Source of the DNA: Hyaloraphidium curvatum SAG 235-1
Lineage: Eukaryota > Fungi > Monoblepharomycota
DNA length: 64,000 nucleotides
NCBI GenBank assembly: GCA_025558095.1
Contig: JAIVFI010000012.1
Span: 124,001-188,000 of the forward strand
Direction: 5' to 3'
Below the pieces are notes generated by a model. That model saw nothing but the letters and a program-made list of their open reading frames with translations, was not told the origin of the DNA and made no database searches. Positions 1-11,859 of this stretch are shown here, piece by piece (the stretch's first letter is position 1; each line of letters opens with the position of its first letter). Made by a program: the position numbers and the translations under genes.

Positions 1-194
1 GCACTATATAGCCTTGTCTTGGTGGCGGCTCTTGTTCTGAGGAGCCGCCGCGCGGAAAATCGGCGGTTCGGCCAGCGCTGAGTCCGCTCGGGACGCGTAC
101 TCCACACAGCGGAGTCCACGCAACAAAGCACGGTTGCCATTCAAGAGACTCTCTGAACTTGTCAGGTTGTCGAAGCTTCACTCTGCCAATCGCA

Positions 195-1652
195 ATGGCC
201 GCCGCGAACGCGCCCGTACCCGCCCCGGGCGTGCTGCGCCCCGTCGGGCAGATGGAGCGCTACTCCGTCTCGCGCCACAACGCGCTCTTCTACATCGGCA
301 TCGCCAGCTCGCTCACCTTCCGCGCGGATGGCGGCGCGTTTTCTCGGGACCGCCTGGCGCCACTGCTGGCCGCCGCCATCGAGTGCACCACGCTGCGGCA
401 CGGCAATCTGCGAATGGTGATTGTGGGACCGCGGACGCCGGCACCGGCATTTTCGCGCTGGGAAGAGGACTCGCCGCCCGAATTGCGCGTGCTGCCCGAG
501 CCGCGGTGGGTGGACGGCGGGGACGTGCTGCGGGTCAGCGAGGACGAGCTGCGGACGCCATTCGACGCGGAAAATGGGCCACTCTGGCGAGTCTGCGTCG
601 TCGGGGCCGAGGGCGCCGACGAGTTCTCGATCGTGGTCGCCTTGCACCACGCGATTTGCGACGGCAAGAGCTCGATAGTGGTGCTCGCCACCTTGGCTCG
701 CTACCTGGCGCTCGGCAGCGAATCCGCCATGAGAGCCGCCGTGGCTGCGGATCCCAATCGTGACTTTGAGTCGCGCGCCGTCGAGCTTGCGTGCACCGGC
801 GTGCGCGTGCCCGTCTCGGTGATCCTTTGGGAAGTTTTCGAAAACCTGCTCCTGCCCTCCTTCCTGCGGCCCTACGTGGCGCCCAGGGACTACTATGCCG
901 GGCGCCGACTTCTACCTCCGGACGCCCCGACCTTCACCACCGAGCCACGGACCCCGGAAACCCTCATCGGCGTACGCCTAGCCAACCTGACGCTCACAAA
1001 GGACGAGACCTCTGCTCTGCTCGCCGCCGCCCGCACCAACGGCACCACCCTGCACGGCGCCCTCGTCGCCGCCGCCGCTCAGGCTGTCTGCACCGCCTCT
1101 GCGCGCCGCCCGGCCAAGATCAAGGCCGCCTCCCCCGTCTCGCTGCGCGCCGAATCCGGCGTCCCCGAATCCGAGGTCGCCGTCTGCATCTCCTCGACCG
1201 ACTTTGAGTGCCGCCTCGACCCCGTGCCCCTCCCCGCCACGGGCTTGTGGGACCTCGCCCGCGCCGCGCGGGCATCGGTGGCCCAGGGCAGGCAGTCCTC
1301 GGCGCTCTTCACCCTCGGCCTGCTCGGGTACGTCGGTGACTTCGACGGTTTCATCCTCAAGGCGGGGATGGGCACGCCGAACCGCAAGGGGGGTAGCGTG
1401 GAGGTGAGCAACGCGATGTCGTGGGACGGGTTCGACCCCGTTAGGCTGGGGGAGGGCGAGTGGAGGGTGTCGGGCGGGACGTTCGCGCAGTCGGCGTCGC
1501 CGATGGGATCGCTCTTCTACTTTGGCGCCGTGTCTGTGGAGGGCTGCCTGTCGCTGACGGCGTCGTGTTCGGCCGATGGGTTGGTGGAGGAAGGGGAGCT
1601 GGAGGAGGTGGTCGCGGAGATGGGACGGATGCTGGCCGTCATGCGGGCGTGA
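195..1652 (+). CDS. Alcohol acetyltransferase / condensation-domain (CAT-fold) acyltransferase
   Basis: Intronless ORF from ATG 195; HHxxxDG catalytic motif (HHAICDGKS); PFD-x4-PLWRV and SN motifs typical of the AATase family. Confidence 0.8.
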   Translation: MAAANAPVPAPGVLRPVGQMERYSVSRHNALFYIGIASSLTFRADGGAFSRDRLAPLLAAAIECTTLRHGNLRMVIVGPRTPAPAFSRWEEDSPPELRVLPEPRWVDGGDVLRVSEDELRTPFDAENGPLWRVCVVGAEGADEFSIVVALHHAICDGKSSIVVLATLARYLALGSESAMRAAVAADPNRDFESRAVELACTGVRVPVSVILWEVFENLLLPSFLRPYVAPRDYYAGRRLLPPDAPTFTTEPRTPETLIGVRLANLTLTKDETSALLAAARTNGTTLHGALVAAAAQAVCTASARRPAKIKAASPVSLRAESGVPESEVAVCISSTDFECRLDPVPLPATGLWDLARAARASVAQGRQSSALFTLGLLGYVGDFDGFILKAGMGTPNRKGGSVEVSNAMSWDGFDPVRLGEGEWRVSGGTFAQSASPMGSLFYFGAVSVEGCLSLTASCSADGLVEEGELEEVVAEMGRMLAVMRA

Positions 1653-3182
1653 ACAGATCAGGCGATAGAGGTCTGCTTCATGGGATCGGAGAGCGCAATT
1701 GCAATTCAATTGGAAACGAACTACATTTTCTGGGTCCGTGTTCTTCAGCGCTCGGGGGTTTTCGATCGTGGAGACGCCTCTCAATCAGCCGCGACATCGA
1801 CTTCCCTGCCGCGTTTGTTCTCCCCACTTGAAACCACTGCCTCCGCGTCAAAATGGGCTCCTTCGGCTCGAGCGTCGGTCTTTTCTTCGGTCTTCGCGTC
1901 CGTGCCGGGCAGCTCATCCGCGTCATGGAGATCTTCATCAAATGGAAAGAGGCGTGGAGGCGCTTCGCCTGGCGCATCCACGAGCTCATCGAAATCGTGG
2001 GTCACGGCCGGGCGCACCACATACTCGATCCACTCGTGTCCTCTCTGTCGACCCGATCGGTCGAACCAGCGCGGTTGGGCTGTGGGCAGTGTTCTGCCAC
2101 GATGCGCCCAGGTGGCAGGCCAGCCCGCCTTGGCGACTTGGATGCGCTGATTCGCCGAAGGGTGGGAGGGTGGGGGCGAATGATGGGTCGCGCCGGTGCT
2201 GCGCGCGCGAAGACACCCCCCACGCTGCAGCAATAGACCTCCACGTCTATTGATCCGCTGGCCCCTGCCTAACCCGGGCAACCTCCCGGTCTCGCCGGCA
2301 CGAGTGGACCGTGCGAACCGTCGTCGGGCTCCGGTTAGCAAGGAGATCAGCATTGCGTGGGCGAGATCGGCCGCGAGGGTTCCGAGGCGGGCATGTTCGG
2401 GATCGAGATGATCGCCTCCGGTATCCACGCACGGCCTATGTGGATTTTTCGGCACGACGCGTCCTTCGGATAGAATGTGAGACACAGGCACACGGTGATC
2501 AGACCTCTATCACAGGCGCTGAGCGCCCCCCAACCCCGATACATCACGTCACGCCATATACATTGAATTCGGGGAAGAGGGGAGGGGTTAAATGTCCGCC
2601 GAGCTGCCGGGTACAGGCTTCCTTGAACCTGTTCATAAGCTGTTGGCAACCCAGTGCGCGCCCCCGCTGAACAGCGGCGCGCAGACGGCCGGTCTGGCGG
2701 GCCATGAAACCACGAGAACACGGTGATCACGCTTCGGTCCCGAGTTGGTGCAGCCTAGTGCCAGTGCCACAGACACACATTCTGAGTGAAAGGTCACTTG
2801 CCAACCTTACGGTCCATTCATGTCGAGGAGAGGCCAGTAGCTGAATTCGGTGAGCTTCTATTGAGGGTTCCGTGTCACAGTTCGGAAGGGGGCGTCCAAA
2901 ACGCAACACGCGTAAATGCCGACCGTCAATCACAAATTCATACAAAGGACGGCTGCAAATGCCGGCATGAGTTTCGGATCAATTGTTCCGCTACGTGCTG
3001 GTTTTGTCTTCGAACGGAGCTTTTCAGACGTTGAAAGTCGTGAAGCCTCCAAGCTCTCGCGTGTCTTTGCGTGCTGCGCCTCGTCTGAGATGGCTAGCAG
3101 GGGATAAAACGGACGGATCGGCCGGCCATTCGTCACGGTCCTGACCAGAACATTCTCAACGCTTCCGGCTCCGCCGCGGACC

Positions 3183-3938
3183 ATGCTCTTGGCCCTTACG
3201 GTGCCCGCGGCGGCCGTCACCACCAACACCGGCTGCACCTGCAGCGGCTCGTGCGGCCCTACTTCCGGCATCGGCCGCGCCTGGTGCGAGACCGTCGGCA
3301 ACTGCGGCCTGTTCGAGGACGGCTGGCTGCGCGACTACTACTGTGAGCGACGACACGCCCTACGCAGGAGGCGAGGTGTCGCTAACGACATCATCGCAGG
3401 GGACTACTGCGACAGCCCAAGGGGGAGCATCACCGTCACGAACGGGGGCTCGACCAGCACGCAGACCGGCGTCGACTGGGACTCGTTCTGCGCCAGCGGC
3501 AGCATCGTCTCCTCCAGCGTCAACGGCAAGATGGTCCTCAACGGCCTGGACGTCACCTCCGACCCCGGCTGCGTGTGCTGAAACCGCGCCCAGATGGGCG
3601 GGAGCTACACCAAGGCGCAGTGCTGGTCGGCATGCGGCAACTCAAGGGGCTTTGTCATCTCTGGCGGAACGGCAGACTCGGTCGGACCAGAGGATGCCGC
3701 GCCGGTTTTGGCCCCAACGCCTCCGCCTCCCCCGGCCGCTCCCGTCGCCCCCGCTGCCCCGACGCCCCCTTCGCCGTCGTCGCCGACCCCCGCTCCGCCG
3801 CCCCCCCCTCCGGCATCCGCCCCGGCCCCTCTCTCCCCTCCTGCCGCCGCCAGCCGGCCCTCGGGTGCCGACAAGAAGGCTGTTGCCGGGGCGATAGCCA
3901 TGGTTGCCGCGGCCGGGGTTGCTGTGGCGGCATTCTGA
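3183..3938 (+). CDS. Secreted Cys-rich protein with Pro-rich stalk and GPI-like hydrophobic C-terminus
   Basis: Signal-like N-terminus; intron 3343-3399 (GT..CTAAC..AG) restores YWDYC; in-frame TGA at 3579 lies inside a possible 21-nt GT-AG intron (3573-3593); Pro-rich linker; hydrophobic tail AVAGAIAMVAAAGVAVAAF. Confidence 0.7.
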
Positions 3939-4156
3939 TTCGGACGCTTGCTTTGCAAAGAGAGTCCTGCATTTCTTAGCACCACACATCTCGATGGAGG
4001 AGGAGGAATCAGTGTGAATTCGGTGTATGCTCAGAAACTTAACTGTTCTAGAGGACTTCATGTCTGTTTGATTCGCAGTGAAGCGTGCGACGGCGGCAGA
4101 AGTGCGTTTTGTGTTTACCCGACCGAAGCGTCTCCCACCTCCATTGCCCCTCCACG

Positions 4157-4644
4157 ATGCCCATCGCCTACGCCAGCGCCGTCATTCCCGCGTCCGCCGG
4201 CGATGTGCGCATAGCCCGGTGCTCGTCCGGCCCGCCATCTGAAATCGGTTTCCCCTCCAGGTTTGGGCGGCGGTCCGCGACTTCGGCGACCTGAGCTGGC
4301 TGCCCGGATCCGGCAAAACCGAGATCCTCGACGGCAAGGCCGCGGACCAGCTCGGTGCCGTGCGCAGCGTGGCGATGCCGAACGGCGCCGTCCGCGAACG
4401 GCTCGTCACCATGTCGGATTTTGACCGCAGCTATACCTATCTCCTCCTCGACAACCCGCCGGGGCTCGCGCTTTACCGCTCCACGCTGAGCGTGAAGGAG
4501 GTGACGGATGGCAACCACGCGTTCGTGGAATGGGCGGCGACGATCGAGTGCGACGTCGACAAGGTCGAGGCCTTCAAGGCAGGGATCGTGGGAGGCATCT
4601 ACAAGCCCGGGCTCGATGCGCTGAAGGCCAAGTTCGCCAAGTGA
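4157..4644 (+). CDS. SRPBCC/START-fold protein (Polyketide_cyc2 type)
   Basis: MPIAYASAVIPASAGD, intron ~4206-4260, then VWAAVRDFGDLSWLP...GAVR...VRERL...RSYTY...GLDALK, the typical SRPBCC pattern. Confidence 0.85.
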
Positions 4645-4930
4645 ACCTGATGATCGATGAGGATATGATCTTTGGCGGGATGGGAGCGGTGGAAGTACGT
4701 GGGGCTGCCTAGGAGTGATCAGCAAGCTTAAAGGGGGATGCCGCGACATCGGTCGGGCAGGCTGCGGAGAACCCAAACTTGCAATTCCAACCATAGAAGG
4801 TTTGCGAATGACTTCGCTGTGCTGGACGTCGATTGCGTGGCCTTTCCCGGGCCAGTGACTGATTTGGAGAGCCCGGCGCGGGTAAACCGCGTCATCTAGG
4901 CTCCATTCCCCTGGCACCCTCCCCGGCAAC

Positions 4931-6555
4931 ATGGCGGCGGTCCACGTGGTCGTGCTGGTCCACGGGCTGCTCGGCACGCCGGAGCACCTCGCGTACATGC
5001 GGTGGCGGCTGGAGGGCTTCGACGCGGAGCGGCGCGCGGTCGGCGACTCGGCGTGGACCCCGCTGTCGCTGCTCGTGGCCGCGAGCAACGCCTCGTTCCT
5101 GACGTACGACGGCATCGACGTGTGCGGCCGGCGGGTCATCGCCGAGCTCGAGGCGCACGCCGCCGCGCTCGCCGCCGACGGCAAGAAGGCCGCCAAGCTG
5201 TCGATCGTCGGATACTCGCTCGGCGGCCTCATTGCCCGCTACGTGGTCGGCCAGCTGCTCAAGGCGAACTTCTTCGCCGAGAACAACATTCGACCGGCCA
5301 ATTTTGTCACGTTGGCCACGCCCCATCTCGGGATCAGATACCCCTCCACCACATCCTTCCGGTCGCGCGTGCTCACGCACCTCGCGTCGCAGGGCTACGC
5401 AAGCCGCACCGGGCTCCAGCTCGTCTTTGACGACACTTACGGACAGCACGGAAAGCCCCTGCTCGAGGTCATGACGGCCCCGGGCAGCGTCTACACCGCC
5501 GCCATCCGCCTCTTCTCCAACGCCGCCATCTATGCCAACGCGGTCAACGACCGCACCGTGCCCTTCTGGACCGCCTTCATCATGCCGCCCGAGGCAGGTG
5601 GTTACATCATCGACGACGTGCTGGACAGGGAAATGGACCCGCTTCCTGGCTTTGGCGGCACGCTCGTGGCCTCGTTCGGCGCCCCGCACGACGTGTGGTC
5701 CGAGCGCAAGGCGAAGCACGACAAGGCCGCCCCCGCCGCTTCCTCCGCGGCAGCGGCTTCCGCCGCTTCTGCCGCCGACCCAGCGCTGGCCGCCGCTCCG
5801 CGCCTCTTCGTCCCGACGCAGATGTCGACGGCGCGGAAGGTGACCTTCTTCGCCCTGCTCCCCATCTTCGGCGCCGTCGCCGCCGCCGTGACGAGCTACC
5901 AGGCGTGGAACTCGCGGCACCGCCTGGCCAAGGAGGAGCAGGCCGCGCGGGGGCTGCACACCGGGCGGCGCCCGAGCTTGGACATCCCCGCGGACGAGGA
6001 GGAGGCCGAGAGGAAGAGGGTGCTGGACGACATCGAAGCCCAGGCGGGAGAACAGAGCGAACCAGTCGGCGAGGTGGAGAAGATGGAGATGGAGGAGAGC
6101 GGGCGGAGGGTGGAGGAGATGTTGTCGCACGCGCCGTATGCGGCGCCGCCGGCCCCTGCCCCTGCGCTTCCTCTGGACTCGCGCGCTCCGACGCCTGCTC
6201 TCTCGGGATCCACCGCAGCGTCGTCGCGCACTGCAGTATCGCAAAAGGCCAAGGAGGTTTCTCGGCCCGAGTTCGTGACGCCGATCGTGGGAAGCCCGCC
6301 GGCTCTGCACAGCATGTCGGAGCTGCAGCTCGAAATGAGCCGGAACCTGAACGCTTTGCCGTGGAACAAGTGGGTCACCTCTCGTCTGGATCGGGTGCTC
6401 CTTTGCTGAACATTCTCGCTGCCTCGTTCAGATACCCTGTCAAGATCGAGCACTTCCGGTCGCACGCCTGCATCGTCGCCCGCTCGCCCGGCGAGTTCGA
6501 GGAGCGCGGCCGCGGCGTGGTCGAACACCTGGTCACCACCGGCATGAAGTGGTAG
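4931..6555 (+). CDS. DUF676 putative lipase/serine esterase
   Basis: VLVHGLLG, TYDGIDVCG, nucleophile GYSLGG, FVTLATPHLG, YANAVNDRTVP; intron 6370-6431 joins the last exon (SHACIVAR). Confidence 0.9.
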
Positions 6556-6609
6556 CTTCCCCTGTTGACTTGCCATTCGCATACACTCCGTCGCCCGCAA
6601 TTGGTTGCT

Positions 6610-8593
6610 TCACTCGAGCGCCGCCGCCGCCGCCTTGCCGCTCCTCCGTCCCCACACCCCGCACTCGGCCAGGCTGTTCCCCGCCAGCCTCCCGCCGCCG
6701 TGCAGCCCGCCCGTCACCTCCCCCGCGCCGAACAACCCCTTGACCGCGACCTCCCCGCCGGGCAGGGCCAGCTCGCCCGTGGCGAGGAACGGGATGCCGC
6801 CGGGCGAGTAGTGCAGCACGGGGGTGATCATGGCGGCCAGGTACGGCGGCTCGGAAAGGTCCGTGGGGTAGGTCTTCTTGCCGAACTCGTCCGGCGTACC
6901 GGCCCGCGCGTGGGAGGTGTAGTCGGCGACGGTCGACTCCAGTGCGCCGGCGGGGAGGCCGAACCCGGCGGCGAGCTCCGCGAGCGTGTCGAACTTGCGC
7001 ACGACGCCGCGGGAGGCGTAGAAATCCATGGTTGCCTTGCCCGCGTCCGCGTAGCCCTTGCCGTCCAGGATCAGGAAGACGTGCTGGCCGACGGTGGACC
7101 TGCTGACGTCGAGGCGGGAAAAGATGGCGTCCGAGACCTGGTCCCTCCGCCCCAGCTCGTCCGTGAACCGCTTGCCCGTCGAGTCGACGAGGATCCCTCC
7201 GTGTGCGCGGAGCGCCTCGGGGGCGAGCATCTTGGTCACGGCTTCGGGGTCCTTGGGGTCCACAAAACCGGTGGGGTGAACCTGCAGGTGTTCCATGTGG
7301 ACGGGAACGAAGTCGGGGTGGAGCGCGAGGGCGAGGTGCACGCCGTCGCCGGTGGTGAAGGGCGAGTTGGTCGTCGGCAGCTTGTCCAGCGCCGGCATGC
7401 CCGGGGTGTGAGGGACCTTGGCGAGAAGGGCGGGGGAGCGGGAGTAACCACCCGTAGAGAGGACCAGGGCATCGACAGGCATGCTGTGTACGTTGAGGCC
7501 CGCGGGAAGCGGGCCGGTGAGGAGGTCCGGGGCGTCAAAGACGTCCTGCGGCGTTTCGCCGGCCGAGATGTACTCGATCGACGTGATCCGCGCGCCGGCA
7601 GCAGGCGGCGCCGGATCCGCGACCAGGCGGACCACCCGAACACCCGTCAAGAACTTGACCGTGACCTTGGCGCTCTCGGAGTCGGCCTCGATCGCCCGCG
7701 CCGCCTTTTCCAGGCCGCGGAGCAGCTCCCAGCCCACCGCGCGCGGCTTGCCTTCCTCCTTGAGGCGATGCGTCCTGGGAACGGAATGCCCGCCGCAGCG
7801 CGAGATCTTTTCCAGGGCCAGGGCCGACTTGCCCTCGAGCCAGGACAGGGCGGCGCCGGACTCGTCGGCGAGGATCTGCACCAGGGCGGGCTTGCAGAGT
7901 CCGTGGCCGGCGGCCAAAGTGTCCTTCAGGAAGAGGTCGGGCGCGTCGGTGATGTTGTTCTCGGCCTGGTGGGCGGAGCGGACGGCGTTGAAGCCGCTGC
8001 TTGCCTTGGCCTGTCGTAGACGGCGGGATCAGAGGAAAGAACGAACACTACACTGACCATCCACATACCGAGTTGCCACCAACGCTCTTCTGCTTGTCGA
8101 GCAGCACAATATCGACCGGGAACGGGCGAGGTTCGGCAGCCAGCGTCTCGTAGGCCGAGAGCACGGCAGCGAGCCCACCCAGGCCGCCTCCGACGATTGC
8201 GAGCGTCCGACGCCGCTCGGCACCGTTCGCCACGTTGTCGTTGCCCATAGTTTCAGTGTTGTCGGCGATGAGCACGTCCGAGTCCTTCACGAGCACGAGG
8301 GTCCCGCCACGTCCTGGGATTCCGCAGAAGCCGGGAAAGGTCCCGCACACCGAGAGGCCGAGCAGAACGGGCAGGAGAATCACGAGGACCGCCGGCTGCG
8401 TAAGCTGGCACCACGCAGCGGCGAGCAGCGACTGGGCGCGGTGCGGCGCGGGCGACGGTTCGCGCGGGCGCGGCGCGCGGGACGGCGCGGAGGCGGGCGC
8501 GGGCGGCGGGACTTCGACGCCGGCGGGTTGCGAGAGCCTTTTCCGGATGGCGGACGCGATGTTGCCCTCCGGAGCGGCAGGCGCTTTGCTCAT
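6610..8593 (-). CDS. FAD-dependent fumarate reductase (flavocytochrome c / Osm1-like) with N-terminal hydrophobic anchor
   Basis: IVGGGLGGL FAD motif, GGNS|AKASSG, GGHSVPRTH, QVHPTG, EALRAHGG, ELGRRD, HYSPGG, GEVTGGLHGGGRLAGNSL; intron near 8017-8070. Confidence 0.9.
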
Positions 8594-8787
8594 CGACTGT
8601 GAGTCAACGGGAGGCAGAGGTGGCGGTGGCGTCAGGGACCTTGATTCTCCCCCCCTCCCCGGATAGCTGGTACATCATGGTTTCTCATCGAATTTGACGG
8701 ATGCAGAGCCCGCTTTCTTCGTTGAGGTCAAAGCCGCCTGCTCAGGTTTGCCCGCGACGAACCTGCATGCTCCCCTCAAGACCGGAA

Positions 8788-9191
8788 TCAAAGATAGTCT
8801 GTCGAATGAAGGACGATCCACATGGGCTCGAGGGGTCCTTCCGAAACTACTTTGATCTTGCAATCCTCCGGTTTGATGCGGGGCAGGCCGTGCATGCGGA
8901 CGTCGTACTGATCGAGGCGTAGGACCCTCATGGCCGTCTTGAGGAGCGAGATCTCGGCATCGCTGATGGCAAAGTAGTCCGCCGAGAGCTGCACGAGCAC
9001 GTCTTCGTTCATGGGCGTGGGCTCGAAGTAGCTGATCGAGCGCTCGTGGCGCTTGAGGCAGATGAGCAACCACGACGGGTTCGCACGTTCGACCGTGACG
9101 GCGAAAGAAGCTTCCAGGGCTTTCTTGGCCGTCTCTACGTCGTGCCAGTAAATCACTCCGTCGGAGCACTCCCATTCGTCGAATCGGAGTT
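8788..9191 (-). pseudogene. Hypothetical protein, apparently 5'-truncated
   Basis: Coding-like frame (FDEWECSDGVIYWHDV...HSTDYL*) with no nearby in-frame ATG; abuts the truncated F-box-like gene at ~9192. Confidence 0.45.
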
Positions 9192-9194
9192 CTG

Positions 9195-10287
9195 ATGAGG
9201 ACCGTTCGGGTCGAGCCCGCACTGGACGAAGCCCTGTTTGAGCGGCGTGGGGAACCAATAAGTGCTGTTGTGCTTGAGCCGCGGACGGAATCTCTCGACA
9301 AGTGGCGCGGCCTCCTTACGGACGGACTCCAGTTGGGGAAACTTCAATACGTCAGGGACCTTCGCCTTTCCATTCGCTCTGAAGACCCCATCTATGCGTC
9401 TCTGCTGGTAGCTGTTGGATCCTCGTTGAAGGACCTTTACTTGAGCGTCTCGAATTTGGCGGGCGTCAGGGCTTGTCTCGGCGGAGTCGACCTGTTGGAC
9501 AAGCTGGAGTTTCTCGGCTTGTGGATCGACACCTACGATGACCCTGGGATTCAATCTCCTCTGGTTGGATTACCATACGATCCTCGGGCTGACCAGTTCA
9601 TACCACTGCTCCAGCATCTGGACGGCCTCGCGTCTTTTCGGGAGCTCGACCTGCGATCGATTTCGGATTTCGCGGGGAACGTTGATGGATCTCACAGCTG
9701 GCCGGACGTGCTATTTTGTTTCCCTCGTGTCGCTGCTGCGCTAAAGGTCGTCCATTTGCACCTCGATGATCTTCAAGATTGGGACAATGCCGACGGAGTT
9801 TTCGAAAGCGTCGAGGAAGTCTTGCTCACGTGCGGCTGCGGCGATATGGGGCCAGACTCCGAAGACCTCCATGCCATCCGCAATCTCTTTCCTGCTGCGA
9901 AGGATCTCTCTTTGGACGAGATTTGGACTTCAGATCTAGTGACGTTCGCCTGGGATGGCTTGGAGACGCTCACTCTCGAAATGTGCTTGCTTGATCTTGC
10001 ACCGGACTCCCTTGCCGATGTATCGCGTGCCGTGTCTGCTGCTGGCACTTCCCGTTTGCTTGAAACCCTGGTGGGAGCGGACTGTCGATGGCAAGCGCGA
10101 GCAGGCGGAGGATGCGGTGCACAGGGCGATCCTGATGGGCGAACTGAAGTCGGAGGTGGGGTTCTGGCAAGGAATGCCTGGAGCCGTTATCGAGGTCGAG
10201 CCCGAGAGCTGGGAGCAGGTCGTTCGAGAGAGCGAGCAGGTGGTCGAGAACGGGGCCGATGATGTGAGCGAGGGTATCGAGCACTGA
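9195..10287 (+). pseudogene. F-box/LRR-like family paralogue 1 (F-box absent, +1 frameshift ~10050)
   Basis: Aligns to 10456 ORF (ESLDKWRGLLTDGL, DPRADQFIPLLQHLDGL, SWP); lacks the LSxLPxELL F-box; similarity continues in a different frame after SAAGTS (VCLKPWWE...EVGFWQG). Confidence 0.7.
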
Positions 10288-10455
10288 TATAGGCGAGTGC
10301 CAGAATGGATTTTCTTTGGTGATCCGATGTCTGTTTTGGAGCGTCGTTTCGTTCTACCAAGGAGTTGTCCGCGTTGCTACGGGGGGCCGCGACCAACACT
10401 TTGAAGCTTCAGCCACCTCAGCTTCCTCTTCGTGCGCCGTACGCCGTTGCCGAAA

Positions 10456-11727
10456 TGACCGAGCTCATCGAAAAACCTGTCACGATGCCCTGCCCGCCTG
10501 AACCGGAGCTCGGGCTGCGCGAACGACGCGTCGGGGAACCTGGTCCCGCGGTCCCGTCGCTCTCGTCTCTGCCGCCCGAGCTTCTGCTGCTCGTCATGGA
10601 ACTGGTCCTCGAGGAGGACGAGTGCTTTAGCAAGAAGAAGTCGCTGCTGGACCTGCTTTCGACCTGCCGTCGCCTGCTCACCGTCGGGATACCCTTGCTG
10701 GTTCGGAAGCTCAAGATTTCGCCCGGCTACGACGAAACTTTGGACAAGTGGCGAGGGCTCCTCACGGACGCTTTGGATCTGAAGAAGCTCCAGAACGTGT
10801 CTGAGCTGGACATCTCCATCGGTTCCGAAGATCCGTTCCCCGAAGCCCTGCTGCGCGGAGCCGGCCCGTACATCCGGAAGCTCGGGATCTACGTGTCCAG
10901 CCTTGAGGGCCTTTCGGCTTTTCTTCGTAGCATCAACCACGCTACCTCGCTGATTCGCGTCGAAATCTCGCTCGGCCCATACGGAGATCATCACCTGTGT
11001 CGCGGTGAAGGGCAGAATCCCGCCGATCCTCGGGCAGACGCATACATTCCATTGCTGGAGCATCTCGACGAGCTCGATACGCTCGATCACATTCAGCTGC
11101 ATTCGTACTCCGAACCTACCGACTGGGTCCCGAGCAGCCTCAGCTGGCCGGAAGCCATCAGCTCCTTCCCGAACGTCGCCGCCAAGCTCCGCAAGATCAT
11201 GATCAACGCCAACGAGCTCCCGCCGTGGACTATGGCAGTGTTCGAGAATGTGGACCAGGTCGACGTCTCTTTCTTCTCTTACGACATCGAGGCGGACGAG
11301 AACGAGATCGCTTCGATCCGGGCTTCCTTTCCCAGCGTCGAAGATCTCTGGGTCTACAACGCGCCCACTCGGATCCTTGCCGGCTGCGAGTGGGAAGGTC
11401 TGAAGCGGATCCACTTTCACTACCGCTATCTTGACCTTTCCCGGGACGCTTTCCCCGCGGTGCGCGCCGCGATCGCCTCCTCGGGCACCAGGATCGACAT
11501 CGACCCCAACTGGGAGGGCATCTTCGCCCCGCGAGCGACCTACCCCCGTTCCATGGTGCGAGCCATGGAGAGGGAGGAGCGCTTCTGGTCCGGGATCGAA
11601 AGGGTCTGTTACACCGAGTGGGAAAGACGTTTGGAAGTACCATGTTGAGCGCTACGACGGCTACCCAGCGGCGGACTCTGAGGACGAGGACGAAGACGGC
11701 ACCGATCCCGCGCAAGAGGATCCATGA
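10456..11727 (+). CDS. F-box/LRR-like family paralogue 2 (possible frameshift near 11620)
   Basis: F-box LSSLPPELLLLVMELV...LLSTCRRL; LRR-like strands; frame stops at 11648 but an acidic tail (KDVWKYHVERYDGYPAADSEDEDED) continues in another frame to 11727. Confidence 0.7.
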
Positions 11728-11859
11728 ACTGATAGATGCTCGCTCTCGCTACATCTGTCAGCCGACTTGCCCCACCATTCGGCCTTCTACCGCCACAGGT
11801 CCGTCCCCCCACCCCGTCCAATCTCGCCGCCTTTCTTAGCAGTGCCCCATTGTCCGAGC

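Noticed and set aside
1781-2491. 236-aa minus-strand ORF as an intact gene
   Set aside because: Only the acidic 3' part looks coding and I could not build a consistent exon structure; more likely a relic.
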